Source: a virus (taxonomy: Duplodnaviria > Caudoviricetes). From it: DNA of 64,000 nucleotides. The DNA lies in IMG/VR virus record IMGVR_UViG_3300027129_000004, positions 24,107 through 88,106 of that record. One strand, given 5' to 3'. Made by a program: the position numbers and the translations under genes. Position 1 is the stretch's first letter. Each line of letters starts with the position of its first letter. The notes under the pieces were generated by a model. The model saw only the letters and a program-made list of their open reading frames with translations. It had not been told where the DNA came from and searched no databases. Positions 44,433-57,000 of this stretch are shown here, one piece after another.

Positions 44433-47400
44433 ATGCGAACAGTTCCAGGGTCAGGTGCAAGTTTTAAACCAGAGTTTGATACTGAGTTTTATTCTGTATC
44501 AAAAATTTATGTAATCGATGGTGGGTCTGGATATTCTTCAACTGACCCACCAAAAATTACGATACAAAATACCCAAACACCAGTAGTAGAAGGAGTTTTT
44601 TATCCTGTAATTTCTAGTGGTTCTATTCAAAGTGTAAAGGTAATCAGTGGCGGATCTGGGTATTATCCAATAACAGCAGAAAATCAAACAAGAATTGGAA
44701 TTGGCACAACATCTTTAGTCGAATCACAATTTGTGACTAAAGAATATGGTGCTGGAATTATAATGGGAGTGAGTGGTGGTATTGGAAGTGCAATATTTGA
44801 GAATGGATATAATGTAGCAATCAGTACTACAATTACTGGCATATCGACTTTGATACCTTATGCATCAAGTCGAATTTATGGATTTGGAAATCCAATTCCA
44901 TCTACTACATCTGGAATTGGAACTGGTGCAACATTTGAAGTTTGGATTACTTATGACGGTTCAGTAACTGGAAATCCAATTTCAACATCCATTATTCTCA
45001 AAGATGGTGGAAGAGGATATGGAATAGGAAATACAGTTTCAATTGCTGGAACTTATCTCGGAGGAGCAAATCCAACTCACACATTATCATTTAAAGTATC
45101 TAAAGTTTCAAGTACAGCAATAGTATCAGCAGCAAATTCAACATATACTGGTGTTGCTGGCACTACAACAGTTGGGGTTGGATCTGGTGCAAAATTTAAC
45201 ATATCAAGAGATTCTTCGGGAAAAATTAGTTCCGTTCAAGTTGCAAATGGAGGAAGATCTTATGCTATTGGAAATCAAACAGATGGGTCTTTGACGGACA
45301 TTATTAGCATTGCTGGAACATCTATTGGTGGATCTACACCAGCAGATGATTTATATCTTTCTCCAACACTTTTGGGAACAGATCTTTTGCCACAAGTTTT
45401 ATATATTGATAAATTAAATGATAATCAATTTAAAGTATCTGGGTTATCAACTTCTTCTAATTTAAATATTGATAATTATGGAATTGGAACTCATTCATTC
45501 ACTTATCCTGAACCAAATTCAAGTGCGTTAATTACCATTGACAATATCATCCAATCACCACTATACAGAAGAGGCACTACCTTATATCCAGCAGCATCAA
45601 TTGGAATTGGGAATACAATATATTTGAGATCTGGCATTTCATCATTATCATCTTTGGATGTTTTAATGGTGGATTTGGAATTGATGAAAGTGAGATCGGT
45701 TGGTATTGGTTCAACCAATAGTGTTATAGTGAATCGTGGATATTATGGAACAACAGCAGCAGGTCATACTGTTGGGGCAGCAGTTACTGTGATGAGAGGT
45801 GATTTTAATATAGTCAAGGATACAATTTATTTTACTGATCCTCCATACGGAAAAATAGGTCAAGAAAGCATACAAGTAAACTCATCATTTCAAGGAAGAT
45901 TTTTCTCAAGAAGATTTGAACCAGGAAATACATCAGATAAAAATTTAATTATCGATGACATTTCTAAAGATTTTACTGGAAAGGCAGAAACAGTAGGAAT
46001 TAGAACAGGAACTCTTAGTTCTTCAAGTAAAAATACAATAAGTGGAATTATTACATCTTCTTTAAGTTTAGGTGATGTTCTAAATTTAGAATATACAGAA
46101 AATGAATATATTGTAAGAAATACAGTTATTCAATCTATAGGTGTTGGGTCAATTACTATTGCTCCAAATCATAATGTAAATACTGGAATTGCCACAACAA
46201 CATTCAATATTACAAGATTAAATTATGTGTTGAAATCAAATGGGGAAAATATATCTGGATTATATTCTGATACTAATAGCAGTTCAAATATAAACAATAA
46301 TCCATTTATTCTATTGAATAATGTTTCTCAGATATCAGATAGTGATTTTATTATCGATACAGAAGGAAATAACACTATTAAGTTTATAAGTGGTGTTCCA
46401 AATGCTGGAAAAATTGTTAGAGTTGCGATTACGACTGGATATGGTTACCAGCCCCTCGTAGGTGCCTCTGCAACAGTTTCTGTATCTGCTGCTGGCACAA
46501 TATCAAATATTTACTTAACTGGTGCTGGAGGTGGTTATAGAATTGCTCCAGTAATTAGTGTTGCTTCTACAATTGGTAATGGTGCTACAATTACTGCTTC
46601 AATTGGTTCTGGTGGAACAATAACTTCACTAACTATAGTAAATGCAGGAACTGGATATACAACTACAGCAAAACCATCAATCAACATACCAATTCCTCCA
46701 AATTATAGCAATCTTGGTGTTGCTTATACTGGTGGTTCTAGTGGTGTCGGTGAAGGAGCAAAGGTTTCTGTGATCGTAAGTAATGGTTCTAGTATTACTG
46801 GATTTAATATAGATGATCCTGGATATGGTTACAAAGTTGGGGAAGTATTAACAGTTGTTGGTATTACCACAAACCCATCGGTTGGAGTGGGATTTAGTGA
46901 ATTTAGAATGACAGTATTGGAAACATTCACAGATAAATTTGGTGGGTTTTATCCAGGACAATTTGTTAGAATCAACAGTCTTGCGCCATTTTTTACTGGA
47001 AAAAAACGCAAATTCTTATTAACTGTCACAACTCTTGGCATAACAGATACATTTTCAGTAAGAGCAATTCCAGGTTCAGATCTAAACACAAGCAATAACT
47101 TTTTTGTTTTTATAAATGACATTTTACAAAAACCAGATGAATCTTATAAAATAATTGGTTCACAAATAATTTTCAATGAAGCACCAAAGGCAAATTCAAA
47201 ATGTTTGATTTTATATTATAGAGGATCAGATTTGGATGTAGAACAGGTAGATCCACCAAAAACAATAAAAGAAGGTGATTCCATTCAAATTGGAGAAAAC
47301 ATATTAGATCCATATGACAGAGAACAATTTGAACGTGTGGTGAAGAAAATTGTTTCTTTTGACACAGTTGATACATTTCCTTATGATAGTCTTGGTATTA

Positions 47401-49445
47401 ACACTAATCCCAAAAAAGCAAGACCTCTCAATTGGACTAAACAAACAAGAGATAGAATTATTAATGGTGTTTTATATTCAAAAGGAAGACCAGATTTAAA
47501 ATCGAGAAATACACCAACAACAAGAATTATTAAATCGATTGAGAAAAATGATACTACAATATATGTAAATAATGCTTTTCCATTATTTGTGGAAGATATT
47601 GGAAGAGGATTAACAGAAGAATTAAGAGACATTATTGTTCTTGATAATAAGACAGTCGATCCAGCATCTGGAACTGCTGTTGTTTCTGCCGCATCGACTA
47701 TTTCAAATATTACAATTACAAATTCTGGTTCGGGATATCAAATTGCAAATCCAACAGTTGCAATTTCTTCGGCATTCATAACAAGAAAAGATCCAATTTA
47801 TAATTGGAAAGGAACTTCTGGAATAACTACAAATTACGAAATAAAATCAATTACTTATGGAAATATTTTTGTTGGTGTTGGAACAAGTAGTCTTTTAGTT
47901 AAGAGTGTAGATGGAATATCTTGGTCCAATAGTAGTATTGGGTATGGAAACACAATTTCATTCAATTCTGTCGCATTTGCCGGAACAAATACTTATGTTG
48001 CCGTAGGACAAACTGGGAAAATCATAACAGCAACAACAACAGGAATTGGAACTGGAGTATCTTCTTGGATTGAATGTAAGTTATTTAACAGTACTATTAA
48101 TTTTGTTGGTGTTCCAGATATTCAAGATAGTACATATAATGGTGAATTCAAAGACATTTCTTATTCTTCATCTAAAAATACTTTTGTTGTTGTTGGTAAA
48201 ATTTCCAATTACAATCAAAAATCTCCAATTTTCACTGCTGTTGGGATTGGGACTACTCAATTCTTCGAACAAAACAAAACAAATATAAAAAATCTAAATT
48301 CAATTGCAAATAATAATAGTACTTTTGTTGCAGTTGGTGATGATGGAACAATTTATTATTCCTCCAATTTGGAAGTTTGGTCCATTATTGGAGATTCATC
48401 AAAACCAACTACGCAAAATTTAAATAAAGTCATATGGGATGGAACAAAATTTATTGCAGTAGGAAATAATGGGTCAGTAATAACTTCATTAAGTGGTAAT
48501 GCCTGGTCTTCGCAAACTAATATAAATATTACAAATAATTTAACAAATATAAACTATTATGATGGTGTTTATGTTGTGTTAGATGATAATGGGAATTTGT
48601 ATTATTCATTAGACCTTTCAACTTGGGAAAAAAGATCAACAAACCAATCAAATGCAATTAGAGATTTAATTTTTGTTCCATCATTAAGTTATGAGGGAAG
48701 ATATGTTGTAGTTGGATCTGGCACAACGATTATGTATGCAGAACCAATGTATAATAGAGCAACAGCAACGTCTTCGTCCACAAACGGTATTGTGACTTCG
48801 GTGTCAATCACAAATGGCGGATTTGGTTACTCCCAAACAAACGTTCCTCCTGTTATTTTTGATACTACAAAATCAAATAGAGAAAAGGTATATTCAATAA
48901 AAGCAAAAGGTGATTTTGGAACAATAACTGGCATCAATACTATAGGAATTGGTTTATCCTCTTTGGAATTTAAATTACAATCAGAAACTTATGATAATAC
49001 CAATCTTGGTATTGGATATTCATCACTTGATAAGTTTGGTGTATCATATAGTCAATTGGAAACTGGAGATTATTTTGTAATTTTTGACAGCAATGTGACT
49101 TCTGGATATGCTTTAACCGGAATAACAACCACTACTGGAATTAGAGTTGGAACAGCAACTTCATTCATTGATGGTCTGTATAGAGTAGAAAATATTATTT
49201 CAAATCCATCATCTGGAATAGTGACCGTGAGATGTGATTTTGTTTCTGTTCCCAATGGTGTAGATAAAGCAATAAATCTTGGAATTAATACGACTGGATT
49301 TTATGGAAGATATACTTGGAGTAAAATATATGATTATCAAAATAGAGCAAGAGAAAATCCAAAAGACTTTGTTGTAAATACGAATGATGGACTGACTGGA
49401 TTATCTACAGCAGCAGAAGTTTATAGAACTCGTGGTTTGATTTAG
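44433..49445 (+). CDS. large baseplate structural protein (probable C-terminal part of gp7-like protein)
   Basis: repeated GSGY Ig-like modules, YYRGS, WTKQ, F.G.Y.W C-terminus; beta-propeller-like insert; precedes gp8. Confidence 0.65.
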   Translation: MRTVPGSGASFKPEFDTEFYSVSKIYVIDGGSGYSSTDPPKITIQNTQTPVVEGVFYPVISSGSIQSVKVISGGSGYYPITAENQTRIGIGTTSLVESQFVTKEYGAGIIMGVSGGIGSAIFENGYNVAISTTITGISTLIPYASSRIYGFGNPIPSTTSGIGTGATFEVWITYDGSVTGNPISTSIILKDGGRGYGIGNTVSIAGTYLGGANPTHTLSFKVSKVSSTAIVSAANSTYTGVAGTTTVGVGSGAKFNISRDSSGKISSVQVANGGRSYAIGNQTDGSLTDIISIAGTSIGGSTPADDLYLSPTLLGTDLLPQVLYIDKLNDNQFKVSGLSTSSNLNIDNYGIGTHSFTYPEPNSSALITIDNIIQSPLYRRGTTLYPAASIGIGNTIYLRSGISSLSSLDVLMVDLELMKVRSVGIGSTNSVIVNRGYYGTTAAGHTVGAAVTVMRGDFNIVKDTIYFTDPPYGKIGQESIQVNSSFQGRFFSRRFEPGNTSDKNLIIDDISKDFTGKAETVGIRTGTLSSSSKNTISGIITSSLSLGDVLNLEYTENEYIVRNTVIQSIGVGSITIAPNHNVNTGIATTTFNITRLNYVLKSNGENISGLYSDTNSSSNINNNPFILLNNVSQISDSDFIIDTEGNNTIKFISGVPNAGKIVRVAITTGYGYQPLVGASATVSVSAAGTISNIYLTGAGGGYRIAPVISVASTIGNGATITASIGSGGTITSLTIVNAGTGYTTTAKPSINIPIPPNYSNLGVAYTGGSSGVGEGAKVSVIVSNGSSITGFNIDDPGYGYKVGEVLTVVGITTNPSVGVGFSEFRMTVLETFTDKFGGFYPGQFVRINSLAPFFTGKKRKFLLTVTTLGITDTFSVRAIPGSDLNTSNNFFVFINDILQKPDESYKIIGSQIIFNEAPKANSKCLILYYRGSDLDVEQVDPPKTIKEGDSIQIGENILDPYDREQFERVVKKIVSFDTVDTFPYDSLGINTNPKKARPLNWTKQTRDRIINGVLYSKGRPDLKSRNTPTTRIIKSIEKNDTTIYVNNAFPLFVEDIGRGLTEELRDIIVLDNKTVDPASGTAVVSAASTISNITITNSGSGYQIANPTVAISSAFITRKDPIYNWKGTSGITTNYEIKSITYGNIFVGVGTSSLLVKSVDGISWSNSSIGYGNTISFNSVAFAGTNTYVAVGQTGKIITATTTGIGTGVSSWIECKLFNSTINFVGVPDIQDSTYNGEFKDISYSSSKNTFVVVGKISNYNQKSPIFTAVGIGTTQFFEQNKTNIKNLNSIANNNSTFVAVGDDGTIYYSSNLEVWSIIGDSSKPTTQNLNKVIWDGTKFIAVGNNGSVITSLSGNAWSSQTNINITNNLTNINYYDGVYVVLDDNGNLYYSLDLSTWEKRSTNQSNAIRDLIFVPSLSYEGRYVVVGSGTTIMYAEPMYNRATATSSSTNGIVTSVSITNGGFGYSQTNVPPVIFDTTKSNREKVYSIKAKGDFGTITGINTIGIGLSSLEFKLQSETYDNTNLGIGYSSLDKFGVSYSQLETGDYFVIFDSNVTSGYALTGITTTTGIRVGTATSFIDGLYRVENIISNPSSGIVTVRCDFVSVPNGVDKAINLGINTTGFYGRYTWSKIYDYQNRARENPKDFVVNTNDGLTGLSTAAEVYRTRGLI

Positions 49446-49447
49446 TA

Positions 49448-49454
49448 ATAAATA
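49448..49454 (+). promoter_or_regulatory. late promoter
   Basis: ATAAATA. Confidence 0.6.
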
Positions 49455-49475
49455 GAAAAAAAGTATACGATTAAA

Positions 49476-51032
49476 ATGTCTGCAATTATATCAGATCAAT
49501 TTAGGATAATGAATGCTGAGACTTTCACAAAAAGTCTTATTGGTGTTGGAGATACGGCAAATACTTATTATACTTTTATAGGACAACCAAATGCTTTGAA
49601 TTCTCAAGCAAATGGATCAGCATCTTGGGGGGAGGGATTACCTCCATTGGATGGGTTTAAAGAAGAATGCGAAATAAAAGAGACTATTATTTCTATGAAA
49701 AAAGTCACTAGAAGTGACGTGAGAAGAATGGTAAGAAAAAAAACTTGGGAAAGTAATTTTACCTATGAAATGTATAGACATGACTATACAGTTTATAATT
49801 TATCCCCAATTACAAACTCTACATCATTATATGATGCAAATTATTATGTAATTAACGATGATTTGAGAGTTTATATTTGCCTACAAAATGGTACAGATCC
49901 AGAAAATCCAAAAGGAAAACCGTCAGTAGATAAACCAGATTTTGTAGATTTGGAACCAAGACCTGCGGGAACAAGTGGTGACGGATATATTTGGAAATAT
50001 CTGTATACGATCAAACCATCTGAAATTGTAAAATTTGATTCCATTGAATTTATTCCAGTTCCAGAAGACTGGGGAACAGTCGGTGAAAGTATTTCAATCA
50101 AAAATAATGCCATCAATGGGAAAGTACAAATTTTAACTATAAAAACTAGAGGTTCTGGATATGCTCCAATTTCAAAAACATTTGTAAATATTCCAATTCT
50201 TGGTGATGGCACTGGAGGAAAAGCAACTGTTATAGTTGATTCTTTTGGGAAAGTTTCAGATGCTTATGTTACTGATGGTGGAATTGGATATACCAAAGGA
50301 ATTATTCAATTTGAACCAGGGGCACCAGGAATTCCAGATGAATTAGTAAATACTGGAACAATTGCTAGTTTTGATGTAATTATTCCCCCCAAAGGAGGTC
50401 ATGGTTATGATATCTACAGAGAACTTGGTGCTTATAGAGTTTTAGTTTATTCTCGTTATAATACCGATGAAACAAATCCTGATACTATTATTGGAAATGA
50501 TTTTGCTAGAATCGGAATTATCAAAAATCCAACAAAAATAACGAGTGATGTTGAACCATTAGATGCAGCAGAAGTAAGTGCTCTGAAAGCATTAAAATTA
50601 ACTGGTGTTGCTACCACATTAACAACTTATGCAGTTGATTCTACAATCACTCAAACAGTTAGTAGTGGCACTGTTGCAATTGGTTTTGTTGCTTCGTGGA
50701 ACAATATAACAGGTGTCTTGAAATATTATCAACCAGTTGGACTAGCAACAGTTGGGGTTGGATATAAAATTAATGATTTTAGTTCTACTGGTTCATCTTT
50801 GGTAATAAATGGTGCTGCTTCTGGAACACCACTAAGTATTGATACTTCTTTTACTGGCATTAGTACCGTAATAAATAATAGGACATATCAACTGGGAAGC
50901 AACTTTGTTGCTGGTATTGCGTCTGCAGAATACAATAAAAAGTCTGGTGAAATCATTTATATTGACAACAGACCACCAATACCAAGATCAGCAAGTCAAA
51001 AAGAAGATATCAAAATCGTTTTGGAGTTCTAA
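49476..51032 (+). CDS. gp8: baseplate wedge subunit gp8
   Basis: MSAII.DQFRI.NA, YEMYRHDY, DGYIWKYLY, SGEIIYIDNR..I.R...QKEDIKIVLEF. Confidence 0.88.
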   Translation: MSAIISDQFRIMNAETFTKSLIGVGDTANTYYTFIGQPNALNSQANGSASWGEGLPPLDGFKEECEIKETIISMKKVTRSDVRRMVRKKTWESNFTYEMYRHDYTVYNLSPITNSTSLYDANYYVINDDLRVYICLQNGTDPENPKGKPSVDKPDFVDLEPRPAGTSGDGYIWKYLYTIKPSEIVKFDSIEFIPVPEDWGTVGESISIKNNAINGKVQILTIKTRGSGYAPISKTFVNIPILGDGTGGKATVIVDSFGKVSDAYVTDGGIGYTKGIIQFEPGAPGIPDELVNTGTIASFDVIIPPKGGHGYDIYRELGAYRVLVYSRYNTDETNPDTIIGNDFARIGIIKNPTKITSDVEPLDAAEVSALKALKLTGVATTLTTYAVDSTITQTVSSGTVAIGFVASWNNITGVLKYYQPVGLATVGVGYKINDFSSTGSSLVINGAASGTPLSIDTSFTGISTVINNRTYQLGSNFVAGIASAEYNKKSGEIIYIDNRPPIPRSASQKEDIKIVLEF

Positions 51033-51038
51033 AGAAAA

Positions 51039-54000
51039 ATGCCACAGAATACTAACCTAAACGTATCTCCATATTTTGATGATTTTGATGCGACAAAAGG
51101 GTATCAAAGAGTTTTATTTAAACCAGGAACCCCAATTCAAGCAAGGGAATTAACAACTCTTCAATCAATTTTACAAAATCAAGTTGAAAAGTTTGGGAAA
51201 CATTTCTTCAAAGAAGGTTCTATGGTTATTCCGGGTCAAATTGGTTATGACTCGGAATATAGTTGCGTACAAATTGATGACGCACATTTGGGAATTCCAG
51301 TATCATCATACATTGATAAGTTTATAGGTAAAAGTATAAAAGGGGAAACAAGTGGTGTTACTGCGGTAGTAGAAAATTATATTACAAATACAGTATCAGA
51401 AAAAAATAACTACACACTATATGTAAAGTATAAGAGTTCTAGTGATACAAATTTTACAAATAAAACTTTTGTTGATGGTGAAAATTTAATTTCATTGGAA
51501 AATGTGGATTACACATTATCTTCAATTAGAGCAAATACATCTTTTGCGACTTCGATTATTTCTGGTTCTATTGGTAAAGGGTCTGCAGCAAAAATTGAAG
51601 AAGGTGTGTATTTTGTTCGTGGATTCTTCATTACTGTTCCAAAACAAGTAGTAATTTTAGACCAATACACAAATACTCCAACATATCGTGTTGGTCTTTT
51701 GATTGACGAAGAGATTGCAGTAGCATCAAATAATTATAATGATTTGTTTGATAATGCTCAAGGATTTTCAAATTATGCTGCTCCAGGTGCTGATAGATTA
51801 AAAATTTCTACAACTTTAATCAAAAAAGAAATTGATGATTTTAACGATCAGGATTTCGTAGAATTGTTACGAGTAGAAAATGGTGGATTAACAAAGTTTG
51901 TAGATAGAACTGATTATAATTTAATTAGAGATGAATTAGCAAGAAGAACTTATGACGAATCTGGTGATTATTATGTAAGACCCTTTGATATTAATGTAAA
52001 GGAATCGTTAAATGACAGAATTGGAAATAATGGAGTTTATTATTCAAGCCAAAAAACTAAGCAAGGAAATAATCCATCAAAAGACCTTGCTTGCATTTCA
52101 ATAAGTCCAGGAAAAGCATACGTCCGTGGATATGAAATTGAAACGATTAGTAATACTATTGTAGATATAGAAAAACCAAGAACAACAGAACGAGCAGAGA
52201 ATGCATCAATTCCATTTAATGTTGGAAGACAGATTCTATTAAATAATGTCTTTGGTTCTATTGCAGTTGGATTAACAACACAAGTAAGTCTTTATGATAC
52301 CAGAACAGCAACACCAGGATCTTTATCTGGAACAAAGATTGGAGTTGCTAGACTTTATGATTTAAAATTAAAAAATGCAGCATATTCAAATGCTTCAACT
52401 CAATTTGAAAGTTCTCTTTATGATATTCAAACATATACAGTATTGACAATTAACACTGCATTGACACAAACTGCTCCAGCATATATTGAAGGAAAAAATA
52501 GTGGTGCTAAAGGATATTTGGTTAGCAATGCATCATCTACCACTTTAACATTATATCAAGTTTCTGGGTCATTTATAGCAAATGAGCAAATTAAAATTAA
52601 TGGTTTAGACATTTCTCGCACAATCACATCAGTAAAAGATTATTCTTTATCTGATGTTCATCAAATATACTCTCCTGGATTTACTGCTGACCCAATTTTA
52701 TCAAAAAATTTATCAGTTGCAGAACCAGGAACTCAATTTACTATTACTGGTAATAGTGGTGGAATTTCTACAGTAACAACTTCAAATCAAAACTTTTATG
52801 TTGGAGTTAATGTAGGTGATATTGTATCATACACAAAACAAGGGGAAAGTGTACCTACTTACAATAGAGTTTCTGCTGTTAGTGGATCCTCAAGATCTTT
52901 AACTATTGTAGCAACGACTTCTGTTTCCGGTGTTTGTTCTGGTGCTCTTCCAGGTTCAACTATTACTGTAAATGACTTCAAAGTATCATCTTTGGACGTT
53001 TTAAATACACAAAATGCCTTTTTATACGCACGTTTAAATAATTCAAAAGTTTCAAATTTAGATTTAACTGGTTCTGATGTAGTATTCAAAAAATCTTACA
53101 CTATTACTGCTGGTGAATTTAGTGATGGTGCCTGGAGTGCGACATTAGAAACAGACACTTCTTTAACGTTTGAACCATTTGATGAGGAAGATTATAATTT
53201 AACTTTTGCCGATGGAACTGTAGCAGTATTAGATAACCAAAAATTAGTTCCAAGTGGAAGAACCATATCTATTCAAAATATTACTGTAAATTCAGGTGCA
53301 GCAATATTAACTGCTACTCTCAAAAAAGTAAACACAAAAACTCGCAAAAAGATATACAATAGATGCTCTAGTCTAACAATCAACAAAACTTCTTCTGGTG
53401 TTTCCACATCCACAAGTGGTTTAACTATCAGCACTGTTTATGGATTAAGAGTTGAAGATGATGAGATTTCATTAAATGTTCCAGATGTAGAATCAGTTAT
53501 TGGAATTTTTGAATCATCTTCATCTTCAACTCCAACATTACCATCAATTACATTAATTGGATTAAATTCAAATATTTTAAATTCAATTAAAGGTGAAAGA
53601 ATAATTGGTAAAGACACTGGAGCAGTTGCAAGTTTAGCATCAAATGATGGAACAAATGAAGTAAAATTTGTTTATTTGAATGAAAATATTTTTTCTGTTG
53701 GTGAAAAAGTTACATTTGAGGAATCTCAAATTTCTGGAACTGTTGACTCAATTCAAGTTGGTGATAAAAATATTAGAACTAACTTTATTTTGGATGAAGG
53801 ACAAAGATCAGAATACCTTGATTTTTCTAGAATTATCAGAAAACCGCAAATTGCTGCACCAACCAAGCAGATAACAATTATTTACAATAATTATACAATA
53901 GATTCATCTGATGTTGGTGATTTTGTTGGAGTAAATTCTTACGATAAAGATAGATATGGAGATGACATATCATCAGTTGACGGAATATCTTTAAGTGATG

Positions 54001-57000
54001 TTATTGATTTAAGACCAAGAGTTGCTCCTTATTCTGGCACAAAATCACCATTTGAGTACGAATCTAGAATATTTACTGGAGAAAATTCATCTAGAAATAT
54101 TTTTGCACAACAAAAAGCATTAAATCTATCTTATGAGTATTATCTACCAAGAATTGATAGATTATTTTTAACAAAAGAAGGATCATTTATCGTAAATAAA
54201 GGTGTACCATCACTTCAACCAAAACTTCCAAATAGTTTAGATTCTTGTCTGGAAATAGCAACAATTCGTTTACCTGCTTATTTGAATAGGGCAGAAAATG
54301 CATCAACATCTTTGGTACAACACAAACGATATACAATGAAAGATATTTCCAGATTGGAAAATAGACTTTCAAATGTTGAATATTATACATCATTGTCTTT
54401 ATTGGAAACAGATACTCAAAATTTAACAATAAGAGATGCTACAACAAAATTAGATAGATTTAAATGTGGTTTCTTTGTTGATAATTTTAGATCTTATAAT
54501 GGAGGAGAAATAAGAAATCGTGATTATAAAGCAAGTGTCGATGATGCAAATGGATTATTAAGACCAACCCATTACACAACTTCTATAGATTTGCTTTTAG
54601 GATCTGAAGCAGTTATTGGAATTGGCCAGACATCAAATCCAGATGCTGATTTACGTTTTGTTAGTGATTTAGGTTCTCCAAATATAAAAAGAGTTGGAGA
54701 TATTGTATGTTTGAATTATTCTGAGGTTGAATATGTAAAAAATCAGTTTGCCACAAGAAGTGAAAATGTAAATCCATTTAATGTGATAAACTGGATTGGA
54801 TCAATTCAATTAAATCCATCAAGTGATACTTGGATTGAAACAAGAAAAACAGAAAGAACTTATGACATTGAAGGCAGTTATGATGCGTCAATGGCACTTG
54901 CCAATGCCGATAGTAATACTGGTCTTTCTCCAATTGATTGGAACTCTTGGGAAACCACTTGGACTGGTTCAAATGTTTCTAGTTCATCTTCTGGTCCAGT
55001 ATTTACTGGAAGTTCTACTGAATCATTTACCATCGATCCTGGTGGTGGAAGAAGATTGGTAACTGATGTTACAGTAACACAAAATAATTTTCAAACTACA
55101 ACAAATACTACAGTAACTACAACAACAAATCAATCTAGACAAGGAATTCAATTAGGTGTTACTGAAAGATTTGATTCCACAAATCTTGGAGATAAAATTA
55201 TTTCTAGAGAAATCATAACAACGATGAGATCTAGGAACATTGAAATTATTTCCAAAAGATTAAAACCATCATCAAGAGTTTATGCATTTTTTGATAATGT
55301 TGATATGACTTCATATGTTGTACCAAAATTGATTGAAGTTTCAATGTCTAGTGGAACTTTTGTTAGTGGAGAAACAATAGTTGGAAGTTTGGGTTCAAAA
55401 ACTATTAGATTTAGACTTGCAACACAAAATCACAAATATGGTCCATATAATTCACCAACAGAAACATTTTTATTAAATCCATATTTACTAGAAAATTCTT
55501 TATCTAGTTCATACTCATCAACAACTACGATATTAAATGTTGATACTGCAAGTTTAGAAATGCAGGCATCATCTGGTTTTTATGGTAGTATTGCAAAAAG
55601 TATGCAATTGGTTGGACAAACTAGTGGAGCAATTGCAAAAATCTCTGATGTTAGATTGATAGCAGATGAATCTGGAGTTTTCATTGGTTCGTTGTTTATT
55701 CCCGACCCAACAATTCCATCAACTCCATCATTTAGAACTGGAACAAAGACTTTTGTTTTAACCTCAAGTTCAACAAATTCTACAGTAGTTACTTCAGATG
55801 AAACTACAGCAGAAGTCAATTTCACTTCTGCTGGAACTTTAGACAATGTTGAAAATTCTACACTTAGGATCAGAAATGCAAATGTCGAAAGAATTCCACG
55901 CACAGATTCACGAACACTTGTCAATTCTGTCACATCAACATCTACTGCAAATACTGCTGATACTTCAACATCACAATCAACTAGATGGGTTGATCCTTTA
56001 GCACAATCATTTGAAGTTGCTGATACTAATGGAGTTTATATTACAAAATGTGATATTTTCTTCAAAACAAAAGACACCAAAGGAATTCCAGTAACACTTC
56101 AAATCAGAACGATGCAATCTGGTCTTCCAACACAAACATTTTTACCATTTTCAGAAGTAACATTAGATCCAAAAGATGTTAAAGCATCTGAAGATGGTAC
56201 TGTTGCAACTACTTTTACTTTCCCTTCTCCAGTTTATTTGGAAAAAGTTGGTTCTGGATATTCTATTGTATTAATCTCGTCTTCCGATTCGTATAATGTA
56301 TGGATTTCAAGAATGGGAGAACCAGACATATCAACTGCAAATAAACCAGATTCTCAAAAAATTATTGTTTCCAAACAACCGACTCTTGGTGCATTATTTA
56401 AATCACAAAATGGATCAACTTGGACTGCATCTGATTTGGAAGATTTGAAGTTTACCTTATACAGGGCAGATTTTGTAACTTCGCCAGCATCATTTAGATT
56501 CTATAATCCAGATCTATCTATTGGCAATAATCAAGTTGCAACATTGAGAAAAAATCCACTAAATGCGTATTCAAATTCGGCATTAATTGGTTTAGGTAAG
56601 AGTCTATCTACTTCGGAACAAACCTCATTAGTTGTCGGAAATACAATTAGTCAAACAACCAATACCAATTTTACTTCAAATCTTAAATCTCTTGTTGGTG
56701 CAGTTGGAATTGGTTCAACCTTAACATTAACAAATGTTGGTTCTGGGTTTACAAGTGGGGCAACAGTATATTCAAATATAAGTTTGATATCATTAACAGG
56801 ATTCGGACAAAATGCAAAAGTCAATCTTTCAGTTTCCTCTGGTGTAGCAGTCGCTGCAACTATTACTGATGGTGGTTCTGGATATGCTCCTGGTGATACA
56901 TTAACAGTAAGTTCTACTGATACTAATAATCTTGGAAAAAATCTCATCTTAACCATTCCAAACAATGTTGGAATTATTTCAGCAGTCAATTCTATTATTG

